Shown one piece after another: positions 62,254 through 64,000 of a stretch of DNA of 64,000 bases. A program made the translations under genes and the position numbers. The first letter of the stretch is position 1. Every line of letters begins with the position of its first letter. The DNA lies in contig DASZAB010000050.1 of NCBI GenBank assembly GCA_035945675.1, positions 5,312-69,311 of the forward strand, in the 5' to 3' direction. Source of the stretch: Verrucomicrobiia bacterium (GTDB taxonomy: Bacteria; Verrucomicrobiota; Verrucomicrobiia; Limisphaerales; UBA11358). A model generated the notes under the pieces. It saw only the letters and a program-made list of their open reading frames with translations. It did no database searches and had not been told where the DNA came from.

Positions 62254-63627
62254 ATGGCTCGCGATGACCTGTTCAGCTCTTCGGCGACGGGACCAAAGCC
62301 GGAAGCGCCGGATGCGCCGACTCCGCTCCGCAACCAGCCGCTGGCCGCGCGCATGCGCCCGCGCAACCTCGATGAGTTTGCCGGCCAGACGCACATTCTC
62401 GCTCCCGGCCAGTTGCTCCGCCGCGCCATTGAGGCCGATCGCATCCAATCGCTGATTTTCTTCGGGCCGCCCGGCACCGGCAAGACGTCGCTGGCGCAAA
62501 TCATTGCGCGCCAGACCAAAAGCAAGTTCGAACGCCTCAGCGGCGTGGAATCCAATGTGGCGGACATGCGCCGGGTCCTCGCCGCCGCCGCCAACCGCCT
62601 CGAAAATACCGGCCAGCCGACGATTCTGTTCATTGACGAAATCCATCGGTTCAACAAGGCGCAGCAGGACGTGCTGCTGCCGGATGTCGAAAGCGGCGTG
62701 GTTCGGCTCATCGGCGCCACCACGCACAATCCGTTTTTCTTCGTCAACTCGCCGCTGGTTTCGCGCTCGCAAATCTTTGAACTGCGCCCGTTGAGCGAAG
62801 AGGAATTGTTTGCGCTGCTGCAACGCGCCCTGGCCGACACTGAACGCGGCCTCGGTTACCTGAAAATTCAAGCCGACGAAAACGCCTTGCGCCACCTGGC
62901 CAAAATCGCCGACGGCGACGCACGCAAGGCGCTGAACGCGCTGGAAATCGCCGCGCTCACCACCGCGCCGGACAAAAAGGGGGTTGTTCCTGTTGACCTC
63001 GCCGCCGCCGAGCAGAGCATCCAGAAAAAGGCTGTCGTGTATGACGACGAGGACGCGCACTACGACACGATTTCCGCATTCATCAAATCCATGCGCGGCA
63101 GCGACCCGGACGCCGCGCTGTACTGGCTGGCCAAGATGATTCACGCCGGCGAAGACCCGCGTTTCATCGCGCGAAGGATTGTCATTTGCGCCGCCGAGGA
63201 TGTGGGCCTGGCCGATCCCATGGCCCTGGTCCTGGCCAACGCGGCGCTGTCGGCGTCGGAATTTGTCGGCTGGCCGGAGGCGCGCATTCCCCTGGCGGAG
63301 GCGACGGTGTACATCGCCACCGCCAATAAGAGCAACAGTGCGTATCGGGCCATTGACGCCGCGCTGGAGGACGTCAAGTCAGGCCGCACATTGCCGGTCC
63401 CGGAGTATTTGCGCGATACGCATTATAAAGGCGCGGAACGGCTCGGGCATGGCAAGGGCTACGAATACGCCCACGACCACCCGGGCCATTTCGTGGCGCA
63501 GGATTATCTTGGCACGGACAAGGTTTATTATGAGCCAACCGATCAAGGCGTGGAAAAGAAGATCAAGGAACGGGTTGAGAAATGGCGGGCGGAACTGGCC
63601 GCCGCGCGGAAGCAGAAAGAGAAATGA
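62254..63627 (+). CDS. rarA: replication-associated recombination protein A (AAA+ ATPase)
   Basis: ORF 62206-63627 with likely start at 62254 (MARDDLF...). FFGPPGTGKTSLA, ILFIDEIHRFNKAQQD and the MgsA C-terminal domain (HYDTISAFIKSMRGSDPDAALYWLA) are present. Confidence 0.9.
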   Translation: MARDDLFSSSATGPKPEAPDAPTPLRNQPLAARMRPRNLDEFAGQTHILAPGQLLRRAIEADRIQSLIFFGPPGTGKTSLAQIIARQTKSKFERLSGVESNVADMRRVLAAAANRLENTGQPTILFIDEIHRFNKAQQDVLLPDVESGVVRLIGATTHNPFFFVNSPLVSRSQIFELRPLSEEELFALLQRALADTERGLGYLKIQADENALRHLAKIADGDARKALNALEIAALTTAPDKKGVVPVDLAAAEQSIQKKAVVYDDEDAHYDTISAFIKSMRGSDPDAALYWLAKMIHAGEDPRFIARRIVICAAEDVGLADPMALVLANAALSASEFVGWPEARIPLAEATVYIATANKSNSAYRAIDAALEDVKSGRTLPVPEYLRDTHYKGAERLGHGKGYEYAHDHPGHFVAQDYLGTDKVYYEPTDQGVEKKIKERVEKWRAELAAARKQKEK

Positions 63628-64000
63628 CTGTTGATTTGAATGGACAAAAGGCCGCGCTGCGGGAGCAAATTCGCGACGCGCTGCAAAACATTTCCCCGGC
63701 GTTGCGGGCGGTGGAATCCATCGAGCTTTGCAGCCGGCTGGAACCCCAATTGCAGAGCGCCCACACGATTTTGTTCTTCGCGTCGCTGCCGGATGAACCG
63801 GATGTCTGGCCGTTGCTGGAAAAATTGCTGCCGACAAAAAAAATCTGCGCCCTGCCCGCTTTCGACTCCGCCCGCCAACTCTATTCGGCGCGACGGGTCC
63901 AAAATTTAACCACTGATCTTTCCGCCGGAAAATTTGGCGTGCGCGAGCCGTCCGCGGCTTGCGCGGAAATTCCGCTGGAGAAGTTCGATCTGGTTCTGGT
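63624..64000 (+). CDS. 5-formyltetrahydrofolate cyclo-ligase (3' end outside window)
   Basis: Own translation from the ATG at 63624, which overlaps the rarA stop as ATGA: MTVDLNGQKAALREQIRDALQNISPALRAVESIELCSRLEPQLQSAHTILFFASLPDEPDVWPLL...GKFGVREPS. This is typical MTHFS. It is absent from the ORF track because it is open-ended. Confidence 0.7.
   Translation, partial: MTVDLNGQKAALREQIRDALQNISPALRAVESIELCSRLEPQLQSAHTILFFASLPDEPDVWPLLEKLLPTKKICALPAFDSARQLYSARRVQNLTTDLSAGKFGVREPSAACAEIPLEKFDLVL

Overview
Visibly GC-rich bacterial chromosomal segment. The gene content and repeat style suggest a Verrucomicrobiota/PVC-type genome (PEP-CTERM protein, secreted beta-helix paralogues, starts with few Shine-Dalgarno sequences); this is inference only. 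I call about 55 protein genes, most of them housekeeping. These include pyrK-pyrD, dapF, a 2-oxoacid dehydrogenase E1a/E1b/E2 set, rpsP-KH-trmD-rplS, HIS6-type hisA, thiG, hldA-like kinase, panB, GTP-PEPCK, alaS, rarA and a P1B ATPase. There are also three large hybrid histidine kinases and a REC-Hpt-REC relay protein. A long nitrate-assimilation cluster spans 49.5-62.1 kb: LysR, NrtA/NasS-like protein, NarK, porin, NasA fused to a CysJ-like reductase, NirA, MOSC and MobA. I found no rRNA, tRNA or CRISPR, and no recognisable defence island or prophage. I do not see a clean, previously undescribed multi-gene system and do not claim one. The features I consider most unusual are listed here. (1) There is a dense population of at least four families of short palindromic (REP/MITE-like) elements, plus low-complexity 'word' hairpins and one RAYT-like Y1 transposase sitting inside the nitrate operon. 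Some copies lie in frame inside enzyme genes: a perfect 24-bp inverted repeat in nirA, and an element-like insertion in pyrK. (2) The DapF homologue has both catalytic cysteines replaced by serine. (3) The nitrate cluster architecture includes the NasA-flavodoxin-FNR fusion, with one peptide motif shared between that fusion and NirA. (4) Three secreted beta-helix paralogues lie in tandem, and two of them have nearly identical 5' ends. (5) A sensor-less phosphorelay pair carries five receiver-type and two Hpt domains. Many long ORFs in the track are antisense shadows of GC-rich genes and are not called.
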